Assembly: GCA_023150835.1 (NCBI GenBank)
Contig: JAKLKB010000031.1
Location: 1-55,665 of the forward strand
Length of the DNA: 55,665 nucleotides
Origin: Myxococcota bacterium
GTDB taxonomy: Bacteria > Myxococcota_C > UBA6777
Direction of reading: 5' to 3'
Shown here: in pieces, positions 40,918 through 50,669 of the stretch
Layout: every line of letters starts with the position of its first letter
Position numbering within the stretch: position 1 is the first letter of the stretch
Program-made: the position numbers and the translations under genes
Notes under the pieces: model-generated
Databases searched by the model: none
What the model was told of the DNA's origin: nothing
The model's input: only the letters and a program-made list of their open reading frames with translations

Positions 40918-41232
40918 TTATTCGGGTTCCATCGTCACCAAAAACGGGTGTCCTTGTTCACGCGCGTAGTCCGTGACCTGATGGACTTTGGTCTCCGCGA
41001 TATCATAGGTATAGATCCCTGCCACTGCATGTCCCTTGTGGTGAACAGCCAACATCAATTCCGTCGCTTCCGCTTCGTTCTTGCGGAAAAACCGAACCAA
41101 GATCTCGATCACAAAACCCATCGTTGTGTAGTCGTCGTTGTGCAAGATCACCTTGTACAAACGCGGCGGAACCACCCGCTCCTCCAAATCAACGCCTGTT
41201 TCCTCTTGTTCTTTTCGTTGCTTTTTGCTCAT
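40918..41232 (-). CDS. clpS: ClpS adaptor
   Basis: YKVILHNDDYTTMGFV...MLAVHHKG...AETKV. Confidence 0.96.
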   Translation of the reverse strand: MSKKQRKEQEETGVDLEERVVPPRLYKVILHNDDYTTMGFVIEILVRFFRKNEAEATELMLAVHHKGHAVAGIYTYDIAETKVHQVTDYAREQGHPFLVTMEPE

Positions 41233-41485
41233 TCGACCCTCACTCCGCATCGGCGCAGCATCCTCGTTCAAAACCTTTGAACGTCGAAATGTTCTTCTTG
41301 CGCCTTTGCCTTGAAGCTACAACTTGCTCCCACAAAAACAAGCGAAAAAGATCGCTTTTCCTGCGCAGTTTTTGTGCCCTCCCACTTTTCATCACCCACC
41401 CAACCCCCGTAAGATACCCCACAAAGTCCACGCTCCAAGGCAAAGGCACAATGCCTTGGAGCTTATCGCGCAAGAGGATCACGAA

Positions 41486-42559
41486 ATGGAAACCTTCGAT
41501 ATCCCTGATCGGCTCGGACGTTACCGCCTTATCCAACGAGTGGCCGTCGGCGGCATGGGTGAGATCTTTTATGCTACCGCTCAAGAACAGAGCGGTTCTC
41601 TTCGCGAATTGGCCATCAAACGACTGCACCCCGAAAACAAAGAACATCCCACTTTTATCAAGATGTTCTTAAACGAAGGCCGTATCTCCGGGCTATTAAA
41701 GCACCCACACATCGTTCAAACTTACGAGTTCGCCCAAGACGGTAGCGAGCTCTTTATGGTGATGGAGTGGATCGATGGTCCCGATCTACAACATCTTTTG
41801 CGCCTCGGACAAGAGCAAGGCCGTCCGCTCTCGGTCTCTCACGCCATCGAGATCGCCATACAGGCGCTGCGTGCGCTCCATTACGCCCACACCCTCGATA
41901 TCCAAGGCCAACCCATGCACCTCACGCACCGCGATATCTCTCCCCACAATCTCTTGCTCAATCGCAAAGGCGTCGTCAAAGTGACGGACTTTGGGATCGC
42001 TCGGATGGCCGACCACCTTTCGTTGACCGCCACAGGCGTCCTCAAAGGCAAAGTCCCTTACATGGCCCCCGAGCAAACACGCAGCAGCAAAGTCGGCCCC
42101 CAAGCCGATATCTTTGCGATGGGTGTGATCCTGTGGGAGATGCTTTGCCATCGCCGCTTATTTTCCGAACCCAACGACCTTCGTTGCATCGATCTTGTTC
42201 GCCACGCCCCGATCCCTTGGCCCAACACGTTGCAGCCCGCTGTCCCCGAAGAAGTCGCCGAGATCGTCATGTGGGCGCTTCAACGCGACCCCCAAAAACG
42301 CGCTCCCAACGCAGACACACTTCTCCATTATCTCAGCGTTTTGGCCGAAAACCTCCCTCCCACCGAACCTTTGCACGAATACATCCGCTCTCTCGACAAC
42401 CCCGAGCCCTCTCTCGCAGGCACCCAAGAGATCGAACATTGGCACCCTCCGACCCCGCACACCACCACCGAATGCGTCACCCTCGCCGAACACGATCATC
42501 CCACCCATCCAGCCGATGGCGAGATGCTTTCCCGCTTTCCACGCAAAAAAGACCCGTAA
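41486..42559 (+). CDS. Cytoplasmic Ser/Thr protein kinase
   Basis: AVGGMGEIF, AIKR, HRDISPHN, DFG and GKVPYMAPEQ. RBS GAGGA. Confidence 0.93.
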   Translation: METFDIPDRLGRYRLIQRVAVGGMGEIFYATAQEQSGSLRELAIKRLHPENKEHPTFIKMFLNEGRISGLLKHPHIVQTYEFAQDGSELFMVMEWIDGPDLQHLLRLGQEQGRPLSVSHAIEIAIQALRALHYAHTLDIQGQPMHLTHRDISPHNLLLNRKGVVKVTDFGIARMADHLSLTATGVLKGKVPYMAPEQTRSSKVGPQADIFAMGVILWEMLCHRRLFSEPNDLRCIDLVRHAPIPWPNTLQPAVPEEVAEIVMWALQRDPQKRAPNADTLLHYLSVLAENLPPTEPLHEYIRSLDNPEPSLAGTQEIEHWHPPTPHTTTECVTLAEHDHPTHPADGEMLSRFPRKKDP

Positions 42560-42671
42560 TACGATATCCGCAAGATGTGTGATCGAAGGATCGTGCGTAG
42601 ATGCCCTACGGTTGGGCAGCCACACCTGTCTGCCCCTACGTTTTGCGATCACACAACGGGCGGATCTCGCA
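42560..42671 (-). mobile_element. MITE-A copy with TSD TAA, which is the kinase stop codon
   Basis: TAA|TACGATATCCG...CGGATCTCGCA|TAA. Confidence 0.9.
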
Positions 42672-42820
42672 TAAAACGCCCTTCACAATCCACCCAACTA
42701 TCGCAAAATTGAACGATCACAACGAAGCTCGATGGCAACCAGACCCGTCCCACAAACAACCGTCCACCACAAACACAACCACCGCAAACATCGCGGTTCA
42801 TCCTACCACACGGAGGTTTT

Positions 42821-43969
42821 ATGCAACATTCGATTACGGCTCTCCCCGTTCTCCCGTCTCTGCGCCGATATCTTTCGTTCTCGCTGCTGGTCTTTTTCGT
42901 TTGGCTCGTCCAAAGCCAACCCATCCACGCAGCCAAAGAATACGAGATCGAGATCCAAGCTTTTCCGAGCATCTTACACGCCGATGGAACATGGCTGATC
43001 GAAGGGCGAACCATGCGAAAAAGCCGATGGATCGGAGGTGATGCAAAACCCTCAGCCTTGCGCAATATGATGGGCATGGTGCGGCGCTTTACCCGAAAAG
43101 GGGCCGCACGCGCCCGTGTCACACTGGTCCTTGGCTCGCAACACTTCACCACCGACGCCGACCCCAAAGGATATTTTCGTTTCCAAGGAAAAGCCCCAAC
43201 CAGCCGCCCGCTCCAAGCCCCCCAAGAAACCACCAGCGCGCCATCGGCTTGTCGACGCCCCCGCTGGGATGTTGATCCAAGCCGACCGTTCCCCGCAACG
43301 CCCGGGATCTTGCCTTTCTCACTCAGCGTCGAAACCAAATCGAACGGAAACGGCAAACGCTACAAAGCCCCACTCTACCACGGTTTTCTCGTCTATCGAA
43401 ACGCAAACCAAGGCATCCACGTGATCTCCGATCTGGATGACACCCTGATCTGGACGTACGTCACGCAAAAAACCAAACTCGCCAAACAAGCCCTCTTCGA
43501 GGATGTCCGCAAAGTCAAAACCATCGACGGCGCGCTTTCTTTCCTTGAAACGCTCCTTTGCTTCCCCAACCACCAAGGCGGCGGTACGCTCCATTACCTC
43601 AGCGGCTCCCCCACACGCCTCTTTGATCGTGTCCTCCGCATCTTTCGACTTCATCACTTCCCCCTCGGCTCCCTCACTCTGCGCCCGCTCTCTAACGCCA
43701 AAGCCGCTTCCCAAAACCAACAAAGCCTCTACAAAGTTATCGAGATCCGACGCATCCTCCGCACATACCCCCAAGAATCCTTCGTTCTCCTCGGCGATAA
43801 CGGCGAAAAAGACCCCATCATCTATAACCTCATCCGAAACGAATTCCCCAAACAAATCCGCGCTATCCTCATCCACCAAGTCAAGCCCCTCACCCTCGAA
43901 CAACAAGCCCTCTCCAACACCTTCTACTTCAAAGACTACAAAGACGCCACCCGCTATATCACCCACTGA
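42821..43969 (+). CDS. App1/DUF2183 family HAD-like phosphatidate phosphatase-type protein, probably exported
   Basis: VISDLDDT (DxDxT), HYLSGSP, FPLG and FVLLGDNGEKDP. N-terminal hydrophobic signal and RBS GGAGG. Confidence 0.85.
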   Translation: MQHSITALPVLPSLRRYLSFSLLVFFVWLVQSQPIHAAKEYEIEIQAFPSILHADGTWLIEGRTMRKSRWIGGDAKPSALRNMMGMVRRFTRKGAARARVTLVLGSQHFTTDADPKGYFRFQGKAPTSRPLQAPQETTSAPSACRRPRWDVDPSRPFPATPGILPFSLSVETKSNGNGKRYKAPLYHGFLVYRNANQGIHVISDLDDTLIWTYVTQKTKLAKQALFEDVRKVKTIDGALSFLETLLCFPNHQGGGTLHYLSGSPTRLFDRVLRIFRLHHFPLGSLTLRPLSNAKAASQNQQSLYKVIEIRRILRTYPQESFVLLGDNGEKDPIIYNLIRNEFPKQIRAILIHQVKPLTLEQQALSNTFYFKDYKDATRYITH

Positions 43970-44037
43970 GAATTGATCGACGAAAAAAGCAGATCAGAGT
44001 GCTTTGAGTGAGAATTGATCGACGAAAAAGGCAGATC
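43967..44037. repeat. 29-bp direct repeat pair between convergent genes, starting at the App1 stop codon
   Basis: TGAGAATTGATCGACGAAAAAAGCAGATC at 43967 and again at 44009 (1 mismatch). Confidence 0.85.
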
Positions 44038-44055
44038 GGGCGAGGGCGGGAAGGA

Positions 44056-47031
44056 TTAGCGGCGACGGGGTTGACGGCGGGCGACTTCGGCATTGACGAC
44101 AAAGTCACCGACTTGGCGTTCTTGGAAGGCAGCGAGGACTTTTTCTGCGGCATCACTTTCGACATCAAGAAAAGCGTAATGCTTTTCCATCTGAACAGCG
44201 CCTAAGTAACGCGAAGAGACTTGGGTTTCGCTGACGACCATCTGACGGAGTGCGTCTGCGTTGTAGCCTTGGGCATTTCCGACGCTGATGTATAGACGGA
44301 CGGGGCCTTCGCGAAGTGGAAGCCCTGTGGGGGCTTCTGTCTTGTCGGATCCCGCTTCAAGGCTCGACGTGGCGTGTTCTTCGGGTTCACCGGCAGAAGA
44401 GTCCTCGCTCGCAGCGTCTGCGATATCGGCAAAAGGCGCGGGTGCTTTAGCGGTCACATCCAATGAAGGCGCAGGTGCTTTGGTGGTCACATCCAACGAA
44501 GGCGCGGGTGCTTTGGTGGTTGCATCCGTTGGGGATGCCGTCTCTTTAGAACGAGGATGGGCCGCTTTTGGAGAAGGCCGTTGAGGCGCGGCCTGGTTTG
44601 TGGCGGTGCTTGGTTTGAGCGAGACGGGTTGAGGAGCGATGTTCTCTGCCTTTGGATCCACCGAAGAAGACGTTGTTTCGGGCTTTCGCGAAGGAGCCTC
44701 TGCTTGTGTTATCGAGATCACGGGTGTGGGCTGGTTTGCGAGCGTTGCAGGATTTGCCGAGGATGCGGGCGATACCGATGTTTTTTCGGCGACGGGAGAG
44801 ACAGAGGAGCGGAGTTGGCCGTTGGTTGCGTGGCGAAGGGCTTCTTGGACGGGTTGGATCTTCTCTTCGTGATAGAGCTTGAGCAGATAGGCCATGATAA
44901 AGCGCCCGCGCCCGTCGAGAGCGATGGCATCCGCAAGAGGCAGATAGGGTTCGATAATCTGAGACAAGGAGGAACGAAAGAGTTTTTCGAGATGGCGTGA
45001 TGCTGCGATCTGAACGATGGACTCAGCTTTGGGGAGTTCTCGGATATCGAAAAAGATCTTGTGGATGCGCTTGAGTTGGGTGAGGTGAAAGAGATCGCTT
45101 CCGCTCACCATCGAGATCGCCGTACCTTGGCGACCTTGGCGGCCCGTACGTCCTACACGATGCAGATAGATATCCAGAGACATCGGGAAGTTGTAGTTGA
45201 TCACATGGCTCAAGCCAGAGATATCGATACCACGCGCAGCAACATCGGTTGCCACCAAGAATTGGAGTTCGCCGTCTTTGAGTTTTTGCAGTGCTTCTTC
45301 ACGGTCGCGCTGATCGATATCGCCGTGTATGGCCTCTGCGCGTTTGCCTTGTTGCAACAGGTAGGAGGCCACCATCGAGGTTTCTTCGCGTGTGTTGCAA
45401 AAAACAATTGCTGACTCGGGGCCTTCGTGTTCGATGATATAGAGCAAGTTACGGGGGCGAGGCAGATGCTTTTCCGAGAAGTACACCACATGATGGATGC
45501 CTTCCACTCGGCGATCTCCGCCACTCACCATCAAGCGCAAGGGGCGTTGTAGGTGCGTGCGTACCAGACCTTCGATCTCGGGCGGCAACGTCGCGGAAAA
45601 CAACAGCATCTGCTTGTCTTGTGGGCATTTTTCCAAGATCGCAGAAACCTCAAGATAAAAGCCCATCGACAACATCTCGTCGGCTTCATCCAACACCGCG
45701 ATCCGCACATCGCCAAAAACCACCGTTCGGCGTCGCAAGTGATCTGCCAAACGACCGGGGGTTCCGACCACAACATCCACCCCTGACGCCAAGACTTGGA
45801 TCTGTTCATCCATACGGATACCACCGTACAAAGCGCCCACACGAACGCCCTTGTAGCGGCCCAAAGCAGCGATCTCATCGGCCACTTGCGAAGCAAGCTC
45901 GCGGGTCGGCACCAACACAACCGCTTGTGGATTGCGTGTCTTTTTCGGTTCCACCATCTCCACGATCGGGATACCAAACGCCGAAGTCTTGCCCGTACCC
46001 GTCTTTGCTTGAACAACCATATCCTGCGCAGCCATCGCAGGTTCGATCGAAGCACGCTGAACAGGCGTCGGCATCACGTATGAAAGCTCGGCGAGAGCCC
46101 GTTTCACATCCACCGACAAGCTCTCCCATTCCGCGTAGGGACGGGCTTCTTGCAAGAAACGTGAGCGAACAAGTTCTGCTTGTTCTTCGGTTTTCGGAGC
46201 TTCGGTTTGTTTCGGAGCTTCGGTTTGTTTCGGAGCTTCGGCTTGTTTCGGAGCTTCGGTTTGTTTCGGAGCTTCGGTTTGTTTCGGAGCTTCGGCTTGT
46301 TTCGGAGCTTCGGTTTGTTTCGGAGCTTCGGTTTGTTTCGGAGCTTCGGCTTGTTTCGGAGCTTCGGCTTGTTTCGGAGCTTCGGCTTGTTTCGGAGCTT
46401 CGGCTTGTTTCGGAGCTTCGGCTTGTTTCGGAGCTTCGGTTTGTTTCGGAGCTTCGGCTTGTTTCGGAGCTTCGGCTTGTTTCGGAGCTTCGGTTTGTTT
46501 CGGAGCTTCGGTTTGTTTCGGGGTTACGGGAGCTTTTCGTGGCGTGGGATGGGTCAATTTGACAGGAGCAGAAGGTGCTTTTGTAGGGTGGGATCCAGCG
46601 GCCACTTCGGGGGGATGGGATGGGGTGTGATCGGCGGAGGAGGATCGTTGTGGAGACGTTGTCGCGTGTGGAGCGGCAGAGGGTTGTGGAGCGACGGTTG
46701 TTTCGCGATGGCGTGGTCGCTGCCGTTCCGAGCGTGAGTCGCGTCCGCCACGCGGCTCCTCTGCGCGCACGTCCACGTCGACGGGGGGTGCGTTGGTGAA
46801 AGAGGGAGCGGCTTCTTTGGGAGAAGGCGAGGCGGTCGTTGTGACCGTCGGGATGATTTCAACAGGGGTTTCGTCTCTGGGACCCTCGGTGACCATAACA
46901 GCTTCCGTCGTGTCTACAGCTTCTTCAGAACGAGGCTTGCGGAGGCTTTTGCGTCCGCGCTGTGCAGGAGCTTGGGAAGGGGTTTTGGATCGAGAGGCAG
47001 AGGATCTTGTGGCTCGCTCGTCGTTCACCAA
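44056..47031 (-). CDS. DEAD-box RNA helicase (DeaD/CsdA-like) with a C-terminal DbpA-type RNA-binding domain and long disordered extensions
   Basis: AKTGTGKT, PTRELA, DEAD, SAT, ARGID and HRVGRTGRQG. C-terminal RLYISVG...G.V.....AFLDV. Confidence 0.93.
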   Translation of the reverse strand: MVNDERATRSSASRSKTPSQAPAQRGRKSLRKPRSEEAVDTTEAVMVTEGPRDETPVEIIPTVTTTASPSPKEAAPSFTNAPPVDVDVRAEEPRGGRDSRSERQRPRHRETTVAPQPSAAPHATTSPQRSSSADHTPSHPPEVAAGSHPTKAPSAPVKLTHPTPRKAPVTPKQTEAPKQTEAPKQAEAPKQAEAPKQTEAPKQAEAPKQAEAPKQAEAPKQAEAPKQAEAPKQTEAPKQTEAPKQAEAPKQTEAPKQTEAPKQAEAPKQTEAPKQTEAPKTEEQAELVRSRFLQEARPYAEWESLSVDVKRALAELSYVMPTPVQRASIEPAMAAQDMVVQAKTGTGKTSAFGIPIVEMVEPKKTRNPQAVVLVPTRELASQVADEIAALGRYKGVRVGALYGGIRMDEQIQVLASGVDVVVGTPGRLADHLRRRTVVFGDVRIAVLDEADEMLSMGFYLEVSAILEKCPQDKQMLLFSATLPPEIEGLVRTHLQRPLRLMVSGGDRRVEGIHHVVYFSEKHLPRPRNLLYIIEHEGPESAIVFCNTREETSMVASYLLQQGKRAEAIHGDIDQRDREEALQKLKDGELQFLVATDVAARGIDISGLSHVINYNFPMSLDIYLHRVGRTGRQGRQGTAISMVSGSDLFHLTQLKRIHKIFFDIRELPKAESIVQIAASRHLEKLFRSSLSQIIEPYLPLADAIALDGRGRFIMAYLLKLYHEEKIQPVQEALRHATNGQLRSSVSPVAEKTSVSPASSANPATLANQPTPVISITQAEAPSRKPETTSSSVDPKAENIAPQPVSLKPSTATNQAAPQRPSPKAAHPRSKETASPTDATTKAPAPSLDVTTKAPAPSLDVTAKAPAPFADIADAASEDSSAGEPEEHATSSLEAGSDKTEAPTGLPLREGPVRLYISVGNAQGYNADALRQMVVSETQVSSRYLGAVQMEKHYAFLDVESDAAEKVLAAFQERQVGDFVVNAEVARRQPRRR
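46192..46521 (-). repeat. 18-bp coding tandem repeat x18 (PKQ[T/A]EA)
   Basis: Units ttcggagcttcgg[t/c]ttgt. Confidence 0.95.
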
Positions 47032-47122
47032 AAAATCTCCGTAGTTTCAGGGTACGTCCAACCCGAAGGATGGGCGTAGATTGACGCGGAAGTGCGGGGG
47101 ATGCAGGGGCGAAAAGGGAGGA

Positions 47123-47305
47123 TCAATCGTTTTCGATCTGAAGAACAACGCGATCTTTGTAGTGACCACAGTTTCCGCAGACATGGTGGCGGAGTTTGGG
47201 TTCGCCACAGCTGCTACAGGCAACGGTGTTGACGTGAGTGAGGGCTTTGTGGGCGCGACGATGGCCGCGCTTGCTTGGCGAGGTGCGTTTCTTGGGGTTT
47301 GCCAT
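47123..47305 (-). CDS. rpmF: 50S ribosomal protein L32 (zinc-ribbon form)
   Basis: MANPKKRTSPSKRGHRRAH...CSSCGE..LRHHVCGNCGHY. Confidence 0.96.
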   Translation of the reverse strand: MANPKKRTSPSKRGHRRAHKALTHVNTVACSSCGEPKLRHHVCGNCGHYKDRVVLQIEND

Positions 47306-47467
47306 TGGAAATCTCCTTCATTTTTCAAAACGAGCCTCGATATCGAGGCGCAAGACAAACATCTATTTAGAAAAGCCGACTGCTCCAGACGAAACATTCG
47401 GAAACCGAGAAGAAAGCATCTATTTCGTGGAAACGAAACGTGCGAAGAACAGAAGACGGGCAGGGGA

Positions 47468-48091
47468 TCAAGAAGGCTTTTTGGAGCCTGTTTTTTTGGG
47501 TTTGGTTGGATTGCTTTGGTGGGTTGGACTGGGCGTTTGGCCGAGACCTTTTTGGATGTTCAACAAAGCGGACCAACGCGGATCGATCGTCGGTTCAGAA
47601 GGCGATGGTTCCGACGCTTTCTGAAGTTCAGACAACGGGATGGGCAGTTCTTCCGAGAGGGTGGGATTGATCGGCAAGAACAAAAACAACTGTTCACGGA
47701 GAACATCGCCAAAGTCGATCTCATCGCCTTCGTAGAAATAGAAGGAAGGATCGTCTTCGTCGTCTTCGGAGGGCGATTCGGTATACTTGCTGGCTTTGCG
47801 GGGTCGAAACATGCCAGAGATATCGAGGGTCACGGGCATTTTTCCTTCTTCGAGGCTGCGCACGCAAGTGAAGCCGATGGTTCCAACAGCGTTGCCGTAG
47901 AAGAACACTTCGTCGTCATCGTTGCAGTAGACGCGCACATTTAAAGAAAAAGGATCCGTGGCGTTGTATAGGCTTGCATGGAGGCTGTCTTTTTCTGCGT
48001 CTTGTTCGAGGATGGATTGTATCCAATCTACCGCAAACACCGACTGGAAAGCCTCTTCGAGGGTCGAAAGTTCGCTTACTTTCAGCTTCAT
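47468..48091 (-). CDS. yceD: YceD/DUF177 family protein
   Basis: C.RSLE, EIDFGDVLREQLFL.LP and IDPRWSAL. Lies upstream of rpmF. Confidence 0.88.
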   Translation of the reverse strand: MKLKVSELSTLEEAFQSVFAVDWIQSILEQDAEKDSLHASLYNATDPFSLNVRVYCNDDDEVFFYGNAVGTIGFTCVRSLEEGKMPVTLDISGMFRPRKASKYTESPSEDDEDDPSFYFYEGDEIDFGDVLREQLFLFLPINPTLSEELPIPLSELQKASEPSPSEPTIDPRWSALLNIQKGLGQTPSPTHQSNPTKPKKTGSKKPS

Positions 48092-48220
48092 AAAATCGAG
48101 TCCTACAGGTCCAAACTGACGTATCGAAGTCAGCGAAGCAGGTAGTATAGGAAAGGAGTTTGAAAAGTCAACCAACTTTTTCAACGGCCCCCGATCATGC
48201 GTCGAATCTTGTTGTGTGGG

Positions 48221-48694
48221 TTAAAGCAGTTCCGTTTGGTAAAGAGCGCGGAGCTTTTCGTTGGTTTCTCGCAAACGAACGGCGAGATGGCGAACCAAGA
48301 CCCACAACATCTCACGGGCGAAGTCGGCGTCTGCGAACATGAGTTCTTCGACGTCGACTTTGCGCAAGATGAGCAATTGCGTGGGTTCGCTGGTACGGGC
48401 ATTTGCGGAGCGTGGGGCATCGTCGACGAGGGAGAGTTCGCCAAAGTAATCGCCGTCACGACAAACAGAGAGGAGTTCTTCGCCGATTCCTTCGATGTAT
48501 CGAGAGATCCGAACGGCTCCAGACAAGACAACAAAAAACCGATCGCCTTGTTGGTCTTCGGAGAAGATCAATGCGCCTTCTTCGGTATCTTCGACCTGAC
48601 AGAAGTTGGCAAGACGCGCAAGACTTTGAGGCGAGAGTTCCGAAAACATCGGGATGCCTTGAAGGGTTGCGATCTCAACCACCGCAACGTGCAT
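48221..48694 (-). CDS. Stand-alone cyclic nucleotide-binding domain protein
   Basis: IFSEDQQGDRFFVVLSGAV and GDYFGELSLVDDAPRSA. No HTH domain. RBS GGAGG. Confidence 0.88.
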   Translation of the reverse strand: MHVAVVEIATLQGIPMFSELSPQSLARLANFCQVEDTEEGALIFSEDQQGDRFFVVLSGAVRISRYIEGIGEELLSVCRDGDYFGELSLVDDAPRSANARTSEPTQLLILRKVDVEELMFADADFAREMLWVLVRHLAVRLRETNEKLRALYQTELL

Positions 48695-48820
48695 CACACC
48701 CTCCTTTTGAGCGGTTAAGCGGGACAAGGGACCCATGTTTGAGGCAGACAGCGATCCGCAGATCGTGCGATCTTTTGTTGGGTTTGTTTTGGGGGGCTGC
48801 GTGATTGAGACAGGGAGCGC

Positions 48821-49780
48821 TCAACCTTCGAGTTCTCCCAAGAATCGCTCTGCATCGATCGCGGCCATACAGCCGGTGCCTGCGGCAGTGACAGCTTGGC
48901 GATACGAGTGATCGGCGACGTCGCCGGCGGCAAACACGCCCGGTATCTGGGTGCGCGTGCTGCCGGATTCAACGACGAGATAGCCGCCGTGGTGCATCTC
49001 TAACTGGCCTTCAAACAAGCTGGTGTTGGGTTGGTGGCCGATGGCGACAAAGACCGCAGCACAGGCAAGCTCTTTGGTTTGTTTGGTCTTTGTATCGCGA
49101 AGACGCACGCCCGTTACTTTTTTGGCGTGACCGCTGCCTTCGCCCAAGATCTCGTCGACTTCTGCGTTCCAGACGAATTCGATCTTGGGATTGGCGAGAG
49201 CGCGATCTTGCATGATCTTGGAAGCGCGAAGCTGATCGCGCCGATGCACGAGATAGACCTTGCTTCCGAGACGTGCAAGGTAGAGCGCTTCTTCGAGCGC
49301 GGTATCTCCGCCGCCGACGACCACCATGACTTGGTTCTTAAAGAATGAGCCGTCGCAGGTCGCACAAGAAGACACCCCAAAGCCACGATATTGATTTTCC
49401 GAAGGAAGCCCCAGCCATTTGGCCGATGCACCTGTGGAGATGATCAAAGAGTCCGTGGTGACTTCTTGGTCTTCATCGATCCACATCTTGATCGGGCGAG
49501 CCGCGAGATCAACACGAGTGACTGCGCCAAACAAGAAGCTCGTACCGAAACGCTCGGCTTGGCGGCGAAACATCTCCATCATCTCGGGACCCATCACTCC
49601 TTCGGGAAATCCGGGATAGTTCTCTACGTCGGTAGTGGTGGTAAGCTGTCCGCCCGGCTCCATACCGTCGATCACAAGGGGAGAAAGCCCTGCGCGCCCT
49701 GTATAGATCGCAGCGGTCAGTCCAGCAGGCCCGGATCCTAAGATAACGACTTTCCAGTGTGTTCTTTGTTCTGTTGTCAT
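48821..49780 (-). CDS. trxB: Thioredoxin-disulfide reductase
   Basis: GSGPAG, GGQL, CATCDG, GGGDTALEEA, HRRD and FAAGDV...YRQAVTAAG. Confidence 0.97.
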   Translation of the reverse strand: MTTEQRTHWKVVILGSGPAGLTAAIYTGRAGLSPLVIDGMEPGGQLTTTTDVENYPGFPEGVMGPEMMEMFRRQAERFGTSFLFGAVTRVDLAARPIKMWIDEDQEVTTDSLIISTGASAKWLGLPSENQYRGFGVSSCATCDGSFFKNQVMVVVGGGDTALEEALYLARLGSKVYLVHRRDQLRASKIMQDRALANPKIEFVWNAEVDEILGEGSGHAKKVTGVRLRDTKTKQTKELACAAVFVAIGHQPNTSLFEGQLEMHHGGYLVVESGSTRTQIPGVFAAGDVADHSYRQAVTAAGTGCMAAIDAERFLGELEG

Positions 49781-50153
49781 GAATCGATGCTCCGTACGTG
49801 TTGTGTTCTTGATGCGTGTGCGTCTTTAGGTAGCCGCTTTGGACGGGGCTGTCAAGCAGAAGGCAAGGCGTTCGCTCCGTATAAGCGGGCATCCTTGCGA
49901 TCCACAGGCGCGCTTTGAGTCAACGGCCTCTCTAGAGACAGCACGCCGAGAGACGATGCAAGCCGCACGAAGCCTCTAGGAAGAAAGCTCTGTTTGGGCT
50001 AGATTGCCCACCCCACGCAGCGCGACAACAAAACAGCTTAGCGCGGTGCAACGAGTCCTTGCCCTCGCTCTCACAAGAATGTTCCCAAGCGAGAGCGCAA
50101 CCCCGAGATGGCCTAGAGCGAGGTAGCGAGACGCATCCCTCAAGGAGTCTGAG

Positions 50154-50654
50154 ATGACCGATACACCAGAACAACAGCCCTTGACGCACCTCGACAAAGA
50201 AGGTGCAGCACGAATGGTCGATATCACCGACAAAGCCGTCACAGATCGCCGAGCGACGGCCCAAGCCCTTGTGCGAATGCAGCCCGAGACGTTGGTTTTG
50301 TTGATGAATGCGCGTCTTCCCAAAGGGGACGCGCTCCAAGTAGCCCGAGTTGCAGGGATCTTGGCGGCAAAACGCACATGGGAGTTGATCCCGTTGTGCC
50401 ATCCGATCCCGTTGTCAAAGATCGAGATACAGATCGACGCGATCGCCAAAGACACCGTACGGATCTGCGCGGATGTACGGAACGCTGCGCAAACAGGCGT
50501 AGAGATGGAAGCCTTAACCGCTTGCAGTATCGCGGCGCTGACCCTGTATGACATGGCCAAGGCCGTCGATCCCGGGATGTGGATCACCGATATCGGATTG
50601 ATGGAGAAAGCGGGTGGAAAACGCGGTTTGTGGACACGCGAAGACGGGGCTTGA
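50154..50654 (+). CDS. moaC: Cyclic pyranopterin monophosphate synthase MoaC
   Basis: [27 protein letters not shown] and YDMAKAVD. Confidence 0.97.
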   Translation: MTDTPEQQPLTHLDKEGAARMVDITDKAVTDRRATAQALVRMQPETLVLLMNARLPKGDALQVARVAGILAAKRTWELIPLCHPIPLSKIEIQIDAIAKDTVRICADVRNAAQTGVEMEALTACSIAALTLYDMAKAVDPGMWITDIGLMEKAGGKRGLWTREDGA

Positions 50655-50669
50655 GTGAGAAGAATTGTT

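Noticed and set aside
46180-46737. Plus-strand ORFs of FRSFGL / SELRFV repeats
   Set aside because: These are antisense shadows of the 18-bp repeat in the helicase gene.
49781-50153. Moco riboswitch upstream of moaC
   Set aside because: No convincing match to the motif by eye; an Infernal search would be needed.
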